From: a virus
Length of the DNA: 53,779 bases
Strand: one strand, 5' to 3'
IMG/VR virus record: IMGVR_UViG_3300012933_000343
Location: 1 to 53,779 of that record
Numbering within the stretch: position 1 is the first letter of the stretch; every line of letters begins with the position of its first letter. The position numbers and the translations under genes are program-made. Below are positions 39,299 through 48,491 of this stretch, piece by piece. The notes below the pieces were generated by a model, which was not told the DNA's origin, ran no database searches, and was given only the letters and a program-made list of their open reading frames with translations.

Positions 39299-41227
39299 AT
39301 GCCCAGCTTGTTCCAGGGTGACCCCCAAAAAGCGACGTCTTACGTCACCAGCACCACCGAGACACCGAAGTGGCTGCAAGATGCGATTTACAACCAAATC
39401 TACCAGTCCACCAACGTGGCCAACACGCCGTTTACGCCTTACGGCGGGACGCTGGTGGCCGGTGCAACCCCGCAGCAAAAGCAGGCCTACGACGCGGTAA
39501 GCGCCAACTTTGGGGCATTTCAGCCGGCCCTGGCAAAAGCGCAAGAGGGCGTGCAAGCACTGTCAACTGCGCCTGGCGGTATGGCGGCGGCATCGCCTTA
39601 CATGACGCAGGCCGCAGGCATGAGCCCACTGCAGGCCGCGCAGCCTTTGCTGTCGCAGGCCACAAGCACAAGCGGCGTTAACGCGGCGCAGCCTTACCTT
39701 GCGCAACAAGCTGGACAGCTTGGTGCGATTGATTACGGCGCAGCCGGTTCGGCTTTGTCGCCCTACGTGCAACAAGCCATCCAAAGCAGCGGTGTTGGCG
39801 CGGCATCGCCATATTTGAACCAGCAGGCGGCGGCTCTTGGTGGCGTTGACACTGGTGCCGGTGCTCGCACGCTCTCTCCGTATGTGCAAGAAGCGATGCA
39901 GACAAGCGGCGTCGGCGCGGCGTCTCCGTATATTTCGCAAGCGGCTTCGCAGCTTTCAGGCGTTGACACCGGTGCCGGTGCTCGCGCGCTCTCGCCGTAT
40001 GTGCAGGCCAGCCTTGAGGGCTCTGGCCTGACCGCTGCGGCCCCGTACATGCAGCAGGCTGCACAAACATCTGCACAGGATATTGGGCAGTTCTTCAACC
40101 CCTACACGGAGTCGGTGACCAACCAGATCGCCAAGCTCGGTGCGCGCAACCTTTCAGAAAACTTGCTGCCTGCGGTGTCGGACTCTTTCATTCGCGCCGG
40201 CCAATTCGGCGGCACGCGCATGGGCGAGTTTGGCAGCCGTGCATTGCGCGACACGCAAGAGTCCGTCATTGGCCAGCAGTCGCAGGCTTTGCAAGCTGGC
40301 TACGGCCAAGCGTTGTCCGCCGCTCAGCAAGAATCAGCTCGCCAAGCGCAACTGGCATCTACCGCTGGCAGCCTGGGCACAGCTCAGCAGCAAGCCATCA
40401 TGGCCGGAGGCCAAGCTCTTAGCTCCGCTCAACAGCAGGCCGCCCAACAAGAGATGGCGCGCGCAGGACAGACAGCACAACTTGGCCAGCAGTTGGGTGG
40501 CCTTACTCAAGCCCAACAGCAGGCCATCCTGTCCGGCGGCCAGGCGCTCAGCGCTGCTCAGCAACAGGCCGCTCAACAGGAAATGGCGCGCGCACAGGGC
40601 TTGGGCCAAGTGGGCTCTCAGCTTGGCCAACTCACGCAGGCACAGCAGCAGGCAATCCTGTCTGGTGGCCAGGCCTTGTCGTCTGCCGAGCAGCAGGAAA
40701 TTTCCCAGCGGTTGTCCGGTGCGGGTCAGGTTGGCCAAATCGGCGCTCAGCTTGGCGGTTTGACGCAAGCTCAGCAACAAGCCCTCATGAGCGCGGCTCA
40801 ACAAACGGGCTCGCTTACCGGACAGCAGCAGCAGTTGCTGGCGACTCTGGGTTCCCAATCCGGTCAGCTTACAGGTGCAGACCTGCAGCGCCAGCAGTCG
40901 GCGTTGCAGCAGATGGCGGCCATGGCCCAGCAGGGTCAGCAGATGCGAACAACCGATGTGGCTGCACTGGAGGCCGCAGGGTCTGCCCAGCAAACACAGG
41001 CGCAGCGCGAGGCCGACGCAAAGTACCAGCAGTACATGCTCGAGCAGCAGTACCCCAAGTCGCAGCTCGACTGGTTGTCCACTCAGGTTCGCGGCATGGC
41101 CCCCAACGTGCAGTCGTCCACCACGCAGGGCACAACAAGCACCGGGGCATCTTACTCGGCGTCTCCGTTGCAGCAATTGGCAACCGGACTGTCGGCATCT
41201 GCCGGTCTGAGCAAGCTGCTCGGCTAA
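39299..41227 (+). CDS. Gln/Ala-rich repeat protein, internal virion / ejection-type (642 aa)
   Basis: Two families of in-frame tandem repeats (39-aa units with SPY(V/L/I)QQA motifs; 43-aa units GGQALS.AQQQAAQQEMARA...LGGLTQAQQQAILS). Confidence 0.55.
   Translation: MPSLFQGDPQKATSYVTSTTETPKWLQDAIYNQIYQSTNVANTPFTPYGGTLVAGATPQQKQAYDAVSANFGAFQPALAKAQEGVQALSTAPGGMAAASPYMTQAAGMSPLQAAQPLLSQATSTSGVNAAQPYLAQQAGQLGAIDYGAAGSALSPYVQQAIQSSGVGAASPYLNQQAAALGGVDTGAGARTLSPYVQEAMQTSGVGAASPYISQAASQLSGVDTGAGARALSPYVQASLEGSGLTAAAPYMQQAAQTSAQDIGQFFNPYTESVTNQIAKLGARNLSENLLPAVSDSFIRAGQFGGTRMGEFGSRALRDTQESVIGQQSQALQAGYGQALSAAQQESARQAQLASTAGSLGTAQQQAIMAGGQALSSAQQQAAQQEMARAGQTAQLGQQLGGLTQAQQQAILSGGQALSAAQQQAAQQEMARAQGLGQVGSQLGQLTQAQQQAILSGGQALSSAEQQEISQRLSGAGQVGQIGAQLGGLTQAQQQALMSAAQQTGSLTGQQQQLLATLGSQSGQLTGADLQRQQSALQQMAAMAQQGQQMRTTDVAALEAAGSAQQTQAQREADAKYQQYMLEQQYPKSQLDWLSTQVRGMAPNVQSSTTQGTTSTGASYSASPLQQLATGLSASAGLSKLLG
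39671..40060 (+). repeat. 117-bp (39-aa) in-frame tandem repeats, about 3.3 copies
   Basis: Units start at 39671, 39788, 39905 and 40022 (partial). The 50-mers starting at 39842 and 39959 differ at only a few positions. Confidence 0.85.
40277..40792 (+). repeat. 129-bp (43-aa) in-frame tandem repeats, 4 copies
   Basis: Units start at 40277, 40406, 40535 and 40664. Conserved cores ggccaggc.ct.agc.c.gc.cagcaacaggc and ct.ac.ca.gc.cagca.ca.gc. Confidence 0.85.
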
Positions 41228-41245
41228 AAATCCCAGGAGAAAAAC

Positions 41246-42547
41246 ATGGCATCGATTTACGACCTGGCCTCAAACTACGGAATGACGGACGAGATGGGAA
41301 ACTCTCTACCCGTCCAAGAGGCTCAATCAGCGCCTGCGGCCGTTGCTTCAGCGCCAGTTTCCGCTCCCTTTGCTGCACTTTCTGCAGCACCTGCCGCTGC
41401 TCCTTTTGGCCTTCCCACAAGTGACCGCAATCAGGCGCTCATGTCCATGCTGGGTAAGTATTTTCCACAGGGCGACGAGTATGGCGCTGAGTTGAAGGCT
41501 GCGCGTGCCACGATGACCAAAGAGTCTGAGGCTTTCAACAATCTTTTGCAAACAGCCATCAACCAGCCGCAGGAATCGGGCCCAAGCAAGGCTGAGATGT
41601 ATTTCCGCTTGGCTGCCGCTTTTGGTGCACCAACCAAGACCGGCAACTTCATGGAGTCGCTGGGCAAGGCTGGCGAGGCCGCAGCCGTCATGAACAAGGA
41701 GCAACGCGAGTCGGCAACCGCTGAGCGCGCTCGCAAGTTGCAGTTGGGCCTTGAGGCCCAAAAGCTGCGCATGACCGGTGCCAAAGAGGACCTGACAACG
41801 TTGCGTCAACTGGCATCTGAGGGCATGAAAGACAAGCGCACGATCGCCACTGAGCTGATCAAAGACTATGTGAAGTCCGGGCAGCCAGAGTCGGCCGCTG
41901 GAAAGCAGGCCAAAGACGAAGGGCTTGTTCCTGGCTCTGCGGAGTTTCAAGCTCGGGTGGCAAAGATCGCCGAAAACAACGTCAGCCAGCAGCTCGACAG
42001 GATTAATGCCACGCTGGCCAACGTGTCCGTGGCGCAGGCCAATCAGGCGTTGGCTCAGCAGAAGTTCAATTTCCAAGAGCAGCAAGCCACCAAGCTGACC
42101 CCTGCCGAGGTTAAGTTGAAGTCTGAGGCCGAGGAAGCGCTGACTGGACTGGACTCATCTATCACTTCTTTGCAGAAGGCTTACAAGCTCAATCCAAATA
42201 CGTTTGACGCTTCATTGATGAACAAAGCCCAGCGCAAATTGCTGGAAGAAACAGGCTCTAAAGACCCCAAGGTGCAAAACACACGGGAAATGGAAAACCT
42301 GCTCAGCTCCGGTGCGGTTGAAAAACTTAAAGCGTCGTTTGGTGGAAACCCAACCGAGGGCGAGCGAGACATTTTGCTGAGCCTGGAAGGCTTGGGTGCC
42401 AAGAGCATTGAAGAGCGCGGCAAGATCATGAAAAACACGTACATCAAGCTCAAAGCTGTGCGTGCCGCTCGTCAGAAGCGCCTCAATGAAATCAGCTCTG
42501 GTTTGTACCGCAACACTGGTGAAGTCGACACTGGGGGACTTGAATAA
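41246..42547 (+). CDS. Internal virion / ejection-type protein (433 aa)
   Basis: Track ORF; caggag SD; helical, Ala/Lys/Gln-rich; part of the block of large late ORFs. Confidence 0.5.
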   Translation: MASIYDLASNYGMTDEMGNSLPVQEAQSAPAAVASAPVSAPFAALSAAPAAAPFGLPTSDRNQALMSMLGKYFPQGDEYGAELKAARATMTKESEAFNNLLQTAINQPQESGPSKAEMYFRLAAAFGAPTKTGNFMESLGKAGEAAAVMNKEQRESATAERARKLQLGLEAQKLRMTGAKEDLTTLRQLASEGMKDKRTIATELIKDYVKSGQPESAAGKQAKDEGLVPGSAEFQARVAKIAENNVSQQLDRINATLANVSVAQANQALAQQKFNFQEQQATKLTPAEVKLKSEAEEALTGLDSSITSLQKAYKLNPNTFDASLMNKAQRKLLEETGSKDPKVQNTREMENLLSSGAVEKLKASFGGNPTEGERDILLSLEGLGAKSIEERGKIMKNTYIKLKAVRAARQKRLNEISSGLYRNTGEVDTGGLE

Positions 42548-44562
42548 TGGCCGATCAACTCACCGGCGCTGCACGCGCATTTCTTGGCCAAGGCCTGGGC
42601 ATGGGCTGGGGCGACGAGGGCGAGGCCTGGCTTCGCTCCAAACTTGGCGACAAGCCTTATGAGCAGGCGTTGAATCAGATCCGCCAAGAGTATGCGCAGT
42701 ATTCCAAGGAATCGCCCGTGGCATCCACCGCCGCAGAGTTTGCCGGCAGCATGGCTCCGGCGGTTGGCATGATGTTTGTGCCCAGCGCGCAGGCAGCAGG
42801 TGCCGCACAGGCGGCGCGCTCGACAGGTGGGGCCCTTGCCCGCTTGGCAGGCCTTGGCGCGGCCACCGGGGCGGTGTCGGGTGCTGGGTCGGCCACAGAG
42901 GGCGACCGGACAAGCGGGGCCGTGACGGGAGCAACACTTGGCACAATTCTTGGTCTTGGTGTGCCGGTCGGACTGCGCAGCGCCAAGGGCGCGGGTTCTT
43001 GGCTGCGCGAGCGGCTGGCACCCAGCGAGGCCGGTGCTAAACAGCGCGCCGAGCAGATGCTTTACGACGCCGTTGTAAAGCGCTCAAAGATGACGCCTCA
43101 GCAAATGGAAGCCGCCATGAACAAAGACCGCGCCATGGGGGTGCCGTCCGTCTTGGCTAATTTAAGCCCAGCGACGGCCCGCCTGACGCGCGGTGTTGCC
43201 AAAGTTGGCAGCGAAGGCGCGGACACCATTGAGGATGTTCTTGGCAAGCAAAAATTTGGTGCACGTGAGCGCGCCTACTCGCAGGTAAAAAAAGGCCTAC
43301 AGCCTGGCGACTATTACGCCGATGAGGCGAATCTGGTAAAAGATTTGCGCAGCCGAGCACAGACCGTTTATGACGACGCTTATGCCCACGGCGATGTGGA
43401 TGACCCGCGCATTGTTGAGGCGCTGAAGAACCCGCAGTTTCAGGCGTTTTTCCAGAAAGCGCGCAGCATTGCCGACACAGAGGCAACGGCCGCCAAGTTG
43501 CGCGGCGAGGACCCCAGCCGCTTTGCGCTGCCTGAGATTTACAAGCCCACCGGAAAATTCACTGAGTCCGGTGCCGAGGTTTTGGAGCTGACCAAGCTGC
43601 CCGACGTGCGCACGCTGGACTACATCAAACGCGGCATCGATGCCAGCATTGATTCTGGTTTCCGGGGCCAAGGCATGTCCACGGCAGAGGCCAGCGCCCT
43701 GCGCAGCCTGCGTAAAGAGTTTGTAAATGCAATTGACGAGAACGTGCCAGCCTACCGCGCGGCCCGCCAAGAATACGCTGGCGACATGGAAGTGATCGAC
43801 GCCATGCGCGCAGGCATGAACGATTTTGGCAAGCTCGACCATGAGCAGGTGATCGACATGCTATCCAAGATGGGCAAGGCTGAAAAAACAGCTTTTCGCA
43901 CTGGCGTTGCCCGCGATCTGTATGCAACCGTCATGCGCCCATCCAACGAGCCAGACGCTGCACGCCGCATCATTGGAAGCCCAGAAATGCAGCTTAAGCT
44001 GCAGCCGCTGTTTGATGATCCTGCGCAGTTCAATTTGTTCAAAAACGCACTTGAACGCGAGTCGGTTTTATTTAAAAACGCATCCCGAATTTTGGGCGGT
44101 TCCGACACAGCTGAAAACCTGGCGATTAAGGAAAGTTTGTCAGGCAGCGGGTCGTTATTTGACGCATTGGACCGGGCGGCAACAGGGGGAAATTTCACCA
44201 ACTCGCTGGCAGGCCTCGCCCTTACAGCGCTCAGCAAGGGCCAGATGGCATCAAGAACTGCCGATAAACTGTCAGATATGCTTATGGCCAAAGACCCAGC
44301 CGAAGTGGCTGCCGTGGTCAGGTATTTGGAGCAGCACGCAGCGGGCCTGGCACCCAAGGCCGTCCAATCAACAGCCGCAGAGCGCGGCGCGGTCATGGGC
44401 AGCACGTCCACCGTTTGGCCCGCCCCACAAGTTGAGTCCGGTCAGCGCGGCGGCATGGGCGGCGACATTGAACAAGACATCCGGACCGACGAGGCGTTTC
44501 CAGCGTCGGCACCTGGTCCGGATATTGAGTCGGATATTGAGGCGGACCTCAAGCCGAAATGA
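42547..44562 (+). CDS. Internal virion / ejection-type protein (671 aa)
   Basis: Track ORF; start overlaps the upstream stop (TAATG); N-terminal Gly/Ala hydrophobic region; last gene of the rightward unit. Confidence 0.5.
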   Translation: MADQLTGAARAFLGQGLGMGWGDEGEAWLRSKLGDKPYEQALNQIRQEYAQYSKESPVASTAAEFAGSMAPAVGMMFVPSAQAAGAAQAARSTGGALARLAGLGAATGAVSGAGSATEGDRTSGAVTGATLGTILGLGVPVGLRSAKGAGSWLRERLAPSEAGAKQRAEQMLYDAVVKRSKMTPQQMEAAMNKDRAMGVPSVLANLSPATARLTRGVAKVGSEGADTIEDVLGKQKFGARERAYSQVKKGLQPGDYYADEANLVKDLRSRAQTVYDDAYAHGDVDDPRIVEALKNPQFQAFFQKARSIADTEATAAKLRGEDPSRFALPEIYKPTGKFTESGAEVLELTKLPDVRTLDYIKRGIDASIDSGFRGQGMSTAEASALRSLRKEFVNAIDENVPAYRAARQEYAGDMEVIDAMRAGMNDFGKLDHEQVIDMLSKMGKAEKTAFRTGVARDLYATVMRPSNEPDAARRIIGSPEMQLKLQPLFDDPAQFNLFKNALERESVLFKNASRILGGSDTAENLAIKESLSGSGSLFDALDRAATGGNFTNSLAGLALTALSKGQMASRTADKLSDMLMAKDPAEVAAVVRYLEQHAAGLAPKAVQSTAAERGAVMGSTSTVWPAPQVESGQRGGMGGDIEQDIRTDEAFPASAPGPDIESDIEADLKPK

Positions 44563-44594
44563 GCAGTTGTCTCCTGTTCCTATTGGGAACCTTG

Positions 44595-44621
44595 CCCCGC
44601 CCTAACCCGGCGGGGTTTTTT
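44595..44621 (+). terminator. Rho-independent terminator closing the rightward (late) transcription unit
   Basis: CCCCGCC-ctaaccc-GGCGGGG followed by TTTTTT, 33 nt after the stop at 44562. Confidence 0.8.
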
Positions 44622-44759
44622 GTTGACCATGTGTTTTCTTGGGCGCAACTGCGGGCCCGACTTTCGCCCAGAATATTGCTGGCAACCATTTAATGTGCCG
44701 TTCTGGTGGAAGGTGTATTTTTAATACATACCGCACGCCAAAAAGTTTTATGCTCAGTC

Positions 44760-45014
44760 TCATGTGTTTTTCTCAATTAGCTTGGCTTCGATGGCGTCCA
44801 TCACATCGCGCCCAGAGTAGCCGTCAACATCGCCATGCGGGTCTGCGTTTCCTATGGTGTACCAAATGTGATCGCGCTCTTCATCCGTCAGCCCGACCCA
44901 CGGCTTTCGATGCTCAGCCTCACGCTCCAGCCGCTCATTGCGCGCCCGCAACAAACGGTTCTCGCGGTCCAGCTCGGCGACCAGCATGTCGAGGTTTTGT
45001 TCGTCTGGTGTCAT
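44760..45014 (-). CDS. Hypothetical protein (84 aa) with a C-terminal WVGLTDEE...KLIEKNT module
   Basis: Track ORF 44760..45071 trimmed to MTPDEQN... (ATGA overlap). Coiled-coil N-terminus. The C-terminal module is paralogous to that of 52856..53338. Confidence 0.55.
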   Translation of the reverse strand: MTPDEQNLDMLVAELDRENRLLRARNERLEREAEHRKPWVGLTDEERDHIWYTIGNADPHGDVDGYSGRDVMDAIEAKLIEKNT

Positions 45015-45460
45015 GCTTTTTCCCCCCACATAAGTTTGCGCCAAGCGCGGTAGATGGTTGTGCCACGCCACCAGATTCCAGCGAGCGCGGGCATGTTGAC
45101 GTGCGTGACTTGGCCTCCACCGGAGATCTGCACCAGCGGCTCAAACTTGGGCCCACGAACCTCCAGCTTGAAGGCTGGTGGTGATGTGCCGATGCCAAGG
45201 ATTCCAGTCGTGGAAAGCCGCATCGTGGCAGGGCCGCGACCAAACGCGGTGTCAAGGCTGTTCAGGTGCCTTGCGCACATCTCGGCCCACTCTTGCGTCT
45301 GGAAGATGTACCCATCTGCGCCGCCGATTGACAGCATGCCGTCGGCGCTCAAGCGCATGGCTTCGCGGGGCGTGTAGTAGACCTCCCAGTGGTCGTCTAC
45401 ATGCTCGGCAATCCAGCCTTGCGACCAGCTGTTGGGGTTTGAAAACCAAATGTGTGTCAT
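45011..45460 (-). CDS. Hypothetical protein (149 aa) carrying a tail-fibre-type motif
   Basis: Track ORF; MRLSTTGILGIGTSPPAFKLEV resembles MRLTSTGLGIGTSSPAVKLDV in fibre gene 30240..31436. Confidence 0.55.
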   Translation of the reverse strand: MTHIWFSNPNSWSQGWIAEHVDDHWEVYYTPREAMRLSADGMLSIGGADGYIFQTQEWAEMCARHLNSLDTAFGRGPATMRLSTTGILGIGTSPPAFKLEVRGPKFEPLVQISGGGQVTHVNMPALAGIWWRGTTIYRAWRKLMWGEKA

Positions 45461-45978
45461 AGCTCCATAACCTCCACATCGTGCGGCTTTTTCTTGCCCG
45501 CGAGTATTTCGTGAATGCGCCGCTCGGTTTCCCGGTGCGCTTTAATCATGGTCCTGGCAGGCAGGACTTCGAGCAGGTCTCTGTAATCGGCCAGCACGCC
45601 GCGAACTGCTTGGATGCCTGCGCCGTCCAATCGAATGTTTCCACCGGACTTGTGGCGTTTGCCTGCCATGGCCATGGCCGTCACAGCGTCCTGCAGCAAG
45701 CCAGAGGCGTCGGTGATTTCGACAGGGTCACCATCGCAGTCAAGCCACGGGCCGTTGTTGACCAGCGTCTCCATGATGTTGACCGCGTCGCTGACCACGC
45801 GCCAGTCGTCGGTGGTGGGCACCGGTGCTTTCTCCATGGCCTCAAGACCTTGGTGCATGCGTGTGAGCTGGTGCCTGCGCAGGTGCTCGGCCAACGGAAC
45901 GCTGGGGCTGGCCAGTACAACGTCAAAAAGGGTGTAGCGGTAGACGTAGACCGTCCGCTTAAGTTTTTGTTTTTTCAT
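45457..45978 (-). CDS. Hypothetical protein (173 aa)
   Basis: Track ORF 45457..46071 trimmed to MKKQKLKRT... (ATGA overlaps on both sides). Confidence 0.55.
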   Translation of the reverse strand: MKKQKLKRTVYVYRYTLFDVVLASPSVPLAEHLRRHQLTRMHQGLEAMEKAPVPTTDDWRVVSDAVNIMETLVNNGPWLDCDGDPVEITDASGLLQDAVTAMAMAGKRHKSGGNIRLDGAGIQAVRGVLADYRDLLEVLPARTMIKAHRETERRIHEILAGKKKPHDVEVMEL

Positions 45979-46214
45979 GGTCCGGCGATTTTTTGTGCGG
46001 CTCGGTGCAGCCGCGCGTTGAACCAGCGCCTGATCGCATAGCTGCGCACCAGGCTGATGATGGTGAACCAAGCCCCGATGGCCAGGTTATCCGACAGCGG
46101 CAGGTGAATGCCAAACATCGGGAAAATTGCAAGCTGGCTGGCCAGCGCCACGCCGTAGCCGATCACCACGTTAAACATGGACTCGATCAACGATGCAGTG
46201 CGGGACTGGTTCAT
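45975..46214 (-). CDS. Small integral membrane protein (79 aa)
   Basis: Track ORF 45975..46310 trimmed to MNQSRTASLIESMFNVVIGYGVALASQLAIFP... Two hydrophobic helices and a basic tail (RSYAIRRWFNARL), a pattern common in small phage membrane proteins. Confidence 0.55.
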   Translation of the reverse strand: MNQSRTASLIESMFNVVIGYGVALASQLAIFPMFGIHLPLSDNLAIGAWFTIISLVRSYAIRRWFNARLHRAAQKIAGP

Positions 46215-46330
46215 TTCAGCAAAGCCATGATGAAATAAAAACCAAACAAAACACCGTTCATCCAGTGCTTTCCGATCCAAGAAGCCAAGAACACGTTGCT
46301 GGTCAGCCAAAGAATCTGATACTCAGTCAT
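46211..46330 (-). CDS. Very small membrane protein (39 aa)
   Basis: Internal start of track ORF 46211..46435: MTEYQILWLTSNVFLASWIGKHWMNGVLFGFYFIMALLK. ATGA overlaps on both sides. Confidence 0.45.
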   Translation of the reverse strand: MTEYQILWLTSNVFLASWIGKHWMNGVLFGFYFIMALLK

Positions 46331-46635
46331 TTGTTTGGCTCCAATAATTTCTTGACATCTTCGTACACGTCGTTCCGCGCGTGGTTGTCGGCCTCTTGCA
46401 CGGTCCAGCCTGCGTAGCGCATCTCGTTTTCGCAACGTTGCAGCAGCTCATGCATCTCGCGCAAGCAGTCTGCAGCCTTGCCATGCAAAGGCACCTGCAT
46501 GGTTTTTTCCAGCATGGTGGCAAGGCGCAAAGGCTTTGGGAGTTGACTCGCGCGCATCAGCTCTGCGGTGTCTTCTTCACTGGCATACAGGTCGAAATAA
46601 TCGTCAGCTTTTTGAAATGTGGGCGAAATACTCAT
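46327..46635 (-). CDS. Hypothetical protein (102 aa)
   Basis: Track ORF; aaggagaaaag SD; ATGA overlaps. Confidence 0.6.
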   Translation of the reverse strand: MSISPTFQKADDYFDLYASEEDTAELMRASQLPKPLRLATMLEKTMQVPLHGKAADCLREMHELLQRCENEMRYAGWTVQEADNHARNDVYEDVKKLLEPNK

Positions 46636-46838
46636 GTCTTTTCTCCTTTCGCGTCCTCAAACATCCAGTCCTCGACGTCTTGCAGTCGGTATCGGACGGG
46701 GCTGCGGTGCTGGCCACCAAGTTTCAGAAACTTTGGCCCGTGGTTTTTAAGCCGCCAGTTTTCCAGTGTTCCGGTGCTGACTTGCAGCAGATCTGCCACT
46801 TGCTGCGGCGTGAGCAGCTGGTTTTCAAACTTCTCCAT
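46632..46838 (-). CDS. Excisionase/AlpA-type (MerR-like) helix-turn-helix DNA-binding protein (68 aa)
   Basis: Track ORF trimmed to MEKFENQLLTPQQVADLLQVSTGTLENWR... (ggagag SD). LTPQQVADLLQVS..TL..WR is the HTH_17-type pattern. Confidence 0.65.
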   Translation of the reverse strand: MEKFENQLLTPQQVADLLQVSTGTLENWRLKNHGPKFLKLGGQHRSPVRYRLQDVEDWMFEDAKGEKT

Positions 46839-46879
46839 ATTGCTCTCCAGGTGGGCCGCTCGAAAGCGGCCCGGGGTTA

Positions 46880-47077
46880 TCACTCGGCAGCGGGCGTGGT
46901 CTCTGCGGCAGGCGTTGCCACTGGGATGTTTTGCGCCTCAGCTTGCGCCTTGGCCTGGCTCTCCAGGTTGTTCAAGAGCACCCAAGCGTTTGTCTTGGTG
47001 GGCAGGTCGCCCAAAATGGCCTGCAGGAAGTTGAACTCGCTGACGGTCAGCTTAAGGTTGATGGTTTGTTCGTTCAT
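46880..47077 (-). CDS. Hypothetical protein (65 aa)
   Basis: Track ORF. Confidence 0.5.
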   Translation of the reverse strand: MNEQTINLKLTVSEFNFLQAILGDLPTKTNAWVLLNNLESQAKAQAEAQNIPVATPAAETTPAAE

Positions 47078-47084
47078 GGTTTTC

Positions 47085-47894
47085 TCACTTAGGTTGGTAT
47101 GTGCCCAAAAGCACAGGGGTTGTTTTTACTGTTGCACGAACCAGATCGGCCAGCTCGTTTGCCATTTCCTCTTCGTGCTGCTCCAGATTCTGGACACGCA
47201 AAGTGATGGTGGGTTTTTCGTTGCCGGTGCGAATGCCAAGGCGCAGCACAAACAAGCGCGATGACAGGCCGTGGTACGGCACGGTTTCGAAGTAAACCAA
47301 GGTGGGCAGCGGCTCAGTGCTGGTCGCTTGGATGCTTTCAAAAGCGCTGCGGCTGGCGGCGTGCTGCTTCTCGGTGTTCTCCATCTTGCGCATGGACTCA
47401 ATGCTCACCTTTCGAACAGCGGCGATGGCTTTGGCTGGCGAAATGGTGCCCTCGTCGTTGAAACAGGACACCATGCTGGGCCAGTCCTCCAAAAACTCGG
47501 CGATCGTTTGCTGGCTGTGGGCTTGGCCTCCCGACACCGTAAGCATGGCCTGAAATGCAGCCGTGCGGCGAGCCTCAAGCACGGCCAGGTTGTCGGCTTG
47601 GCCCGGATCTTCTGGTACCCCAAGGTTCAGGACCGCTGTGGCCGACATGGCGTCGGCGTTGACAAACACCGTGGCTCCGATCTCGGCGTGTGCTTCCACG
47701 TAGTTGGCAAAGTCTAGCAGCGCGTTGGTCTTCATCACACCGATGGCGCGGCGGCGATTGGTCTGGTGTTTTTCCAGGTCATGCAGCCGAAAGTTTTCTG
47801 GCAGCGCGGTCACAAAAGGTGCGCGGACATTGTTGTTGGCGGCGGTGATGGCCTCTGACAGTTGCAGGGCCTCGATGGCGTCTTTGTCGATCAT
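47085..47894 (-). CDS. DUF2303 / YfdQ-like protein (269 aa)
   Basis: Track ORF; aaggag SD. Overall pattern and position next to the RecT/exonuclease genes are as in YfdQ-family prophage proteins (assignment from memory of the family, moderate certainty). Confidence 0.6.
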   Translation of the reverse strand: MIDKDAIEALQLSEAITAANNNVRAPFVTALPENFRLHDLEKHQTNRRRAIGVMKTNALLDFANYVEAHAEIGATVFVNADAMSATAVLNLGVPEDPGQADNLAVLEARRTAAFQAMLTVSGGQAHSQQTIAEFLEDWPSMVSCFNDEGTISPAKAIAAVRKVSIESMRKMENTEKQHAASRSAFESIQATSTEPLPTLVYFETVPYHGLSSRLFVLRLGIRTGNEKPTITLRVQNLEQHEEEMANELADLVRATVKTTPVLLGTYQPK

Positions 47895-47903
47895 GTCAGC
47901 TCC

Positions 47904-48260
47904 TTAGACCAGCTCACCCTGCTTGCCCATCAGCGAAGGCTGAGCGAGCGAGAGAGCGCCGTACTTGCCAACGTGCAGGACGGTGGCGCGTTTTTCTTCT
48001 TCACCAGACTTGCCGTCCAGCGTGGGCTTGACAAACTTGAGCGTGTGCTCGCAGCGCACCTGGCCGGTACCGGGAATCTGCGAAAAGGACAGCTTGATGT
48101 TGACCTCGCCGACCTTGTCGTGGTCGGTACAAGCTGCGGCCACTTGGGACAGTGCGATCGAGAGCTTGCGCTCAAAGATGCCGCCGTCCAGATCGGTGAA
48201 GAACTCGGACACGTCTGTTGCGGCTGCAACGCTGATGGGGGATGGTTTGTTGTCGCTCAT
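47904..48260 (-). CDS. Hypothetical protein (118 aa)
   Basis: Track ORF; aggag SD. Confidence 0.6.
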   Translation of the reverse strand: MSDNKPSPISVAAATDVSEFFTDLDGGIFERKLSIALSQVAAACTDHDKVGEVNIKLSFSQIPGTGQVRCEHTLKFVKPTLDGKSGEEEKRATVLHVGKYGALSLAQPSLMGKQGELV

Positions 48261-48275
48261 GAAATGCTCCTGGGT

Positions 48276-48482
48276 TTAAATTGCGTCTGCGTTGTCGTTG
48301 TTGGCAACACGCTCGATGGGCACACCGGCCTCGACATAATCGCCGACGTCAGCAGTGCTGGGGTTCTCAATCACAAAGCGGTCCTTGACCAGGTGGCGCA
48401 GCACTTGGGCTTTGCTGCCTGCGCGCACAAGGCGAATGGTGTCGCTGCCGACTTCGCGGATGAGGTAAATGCGGTATTCCAT
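48276..48482 (-). CDS. Hypothetical protein (68 aa)
   Basis: Track ORF; aagga SD. Confidence 0.55.
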   Translation of the reverse strand: MEYRIYLIREVGSDTIRLVRAGSKAQVLRHLVKDRFVIENPSTADVGDYVEAGVPIERVANNDNADAI

Positions 48483-48491
48483 GAGAGGTCC

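Noticed and set aside
44602-44763. 53-codon minus-strand ORF (MRLSIKLFGVRYVLKIHLPPERH...) after the last leftward gene
   Set aside because: It lies in the AT-rich convergent gap and runs into the loop of the late terminator. Its sequence is implausible and it contains what looks like a decayed copy of the EKNT-stop module. It is more likely non-coding or a pseudogene remnant.
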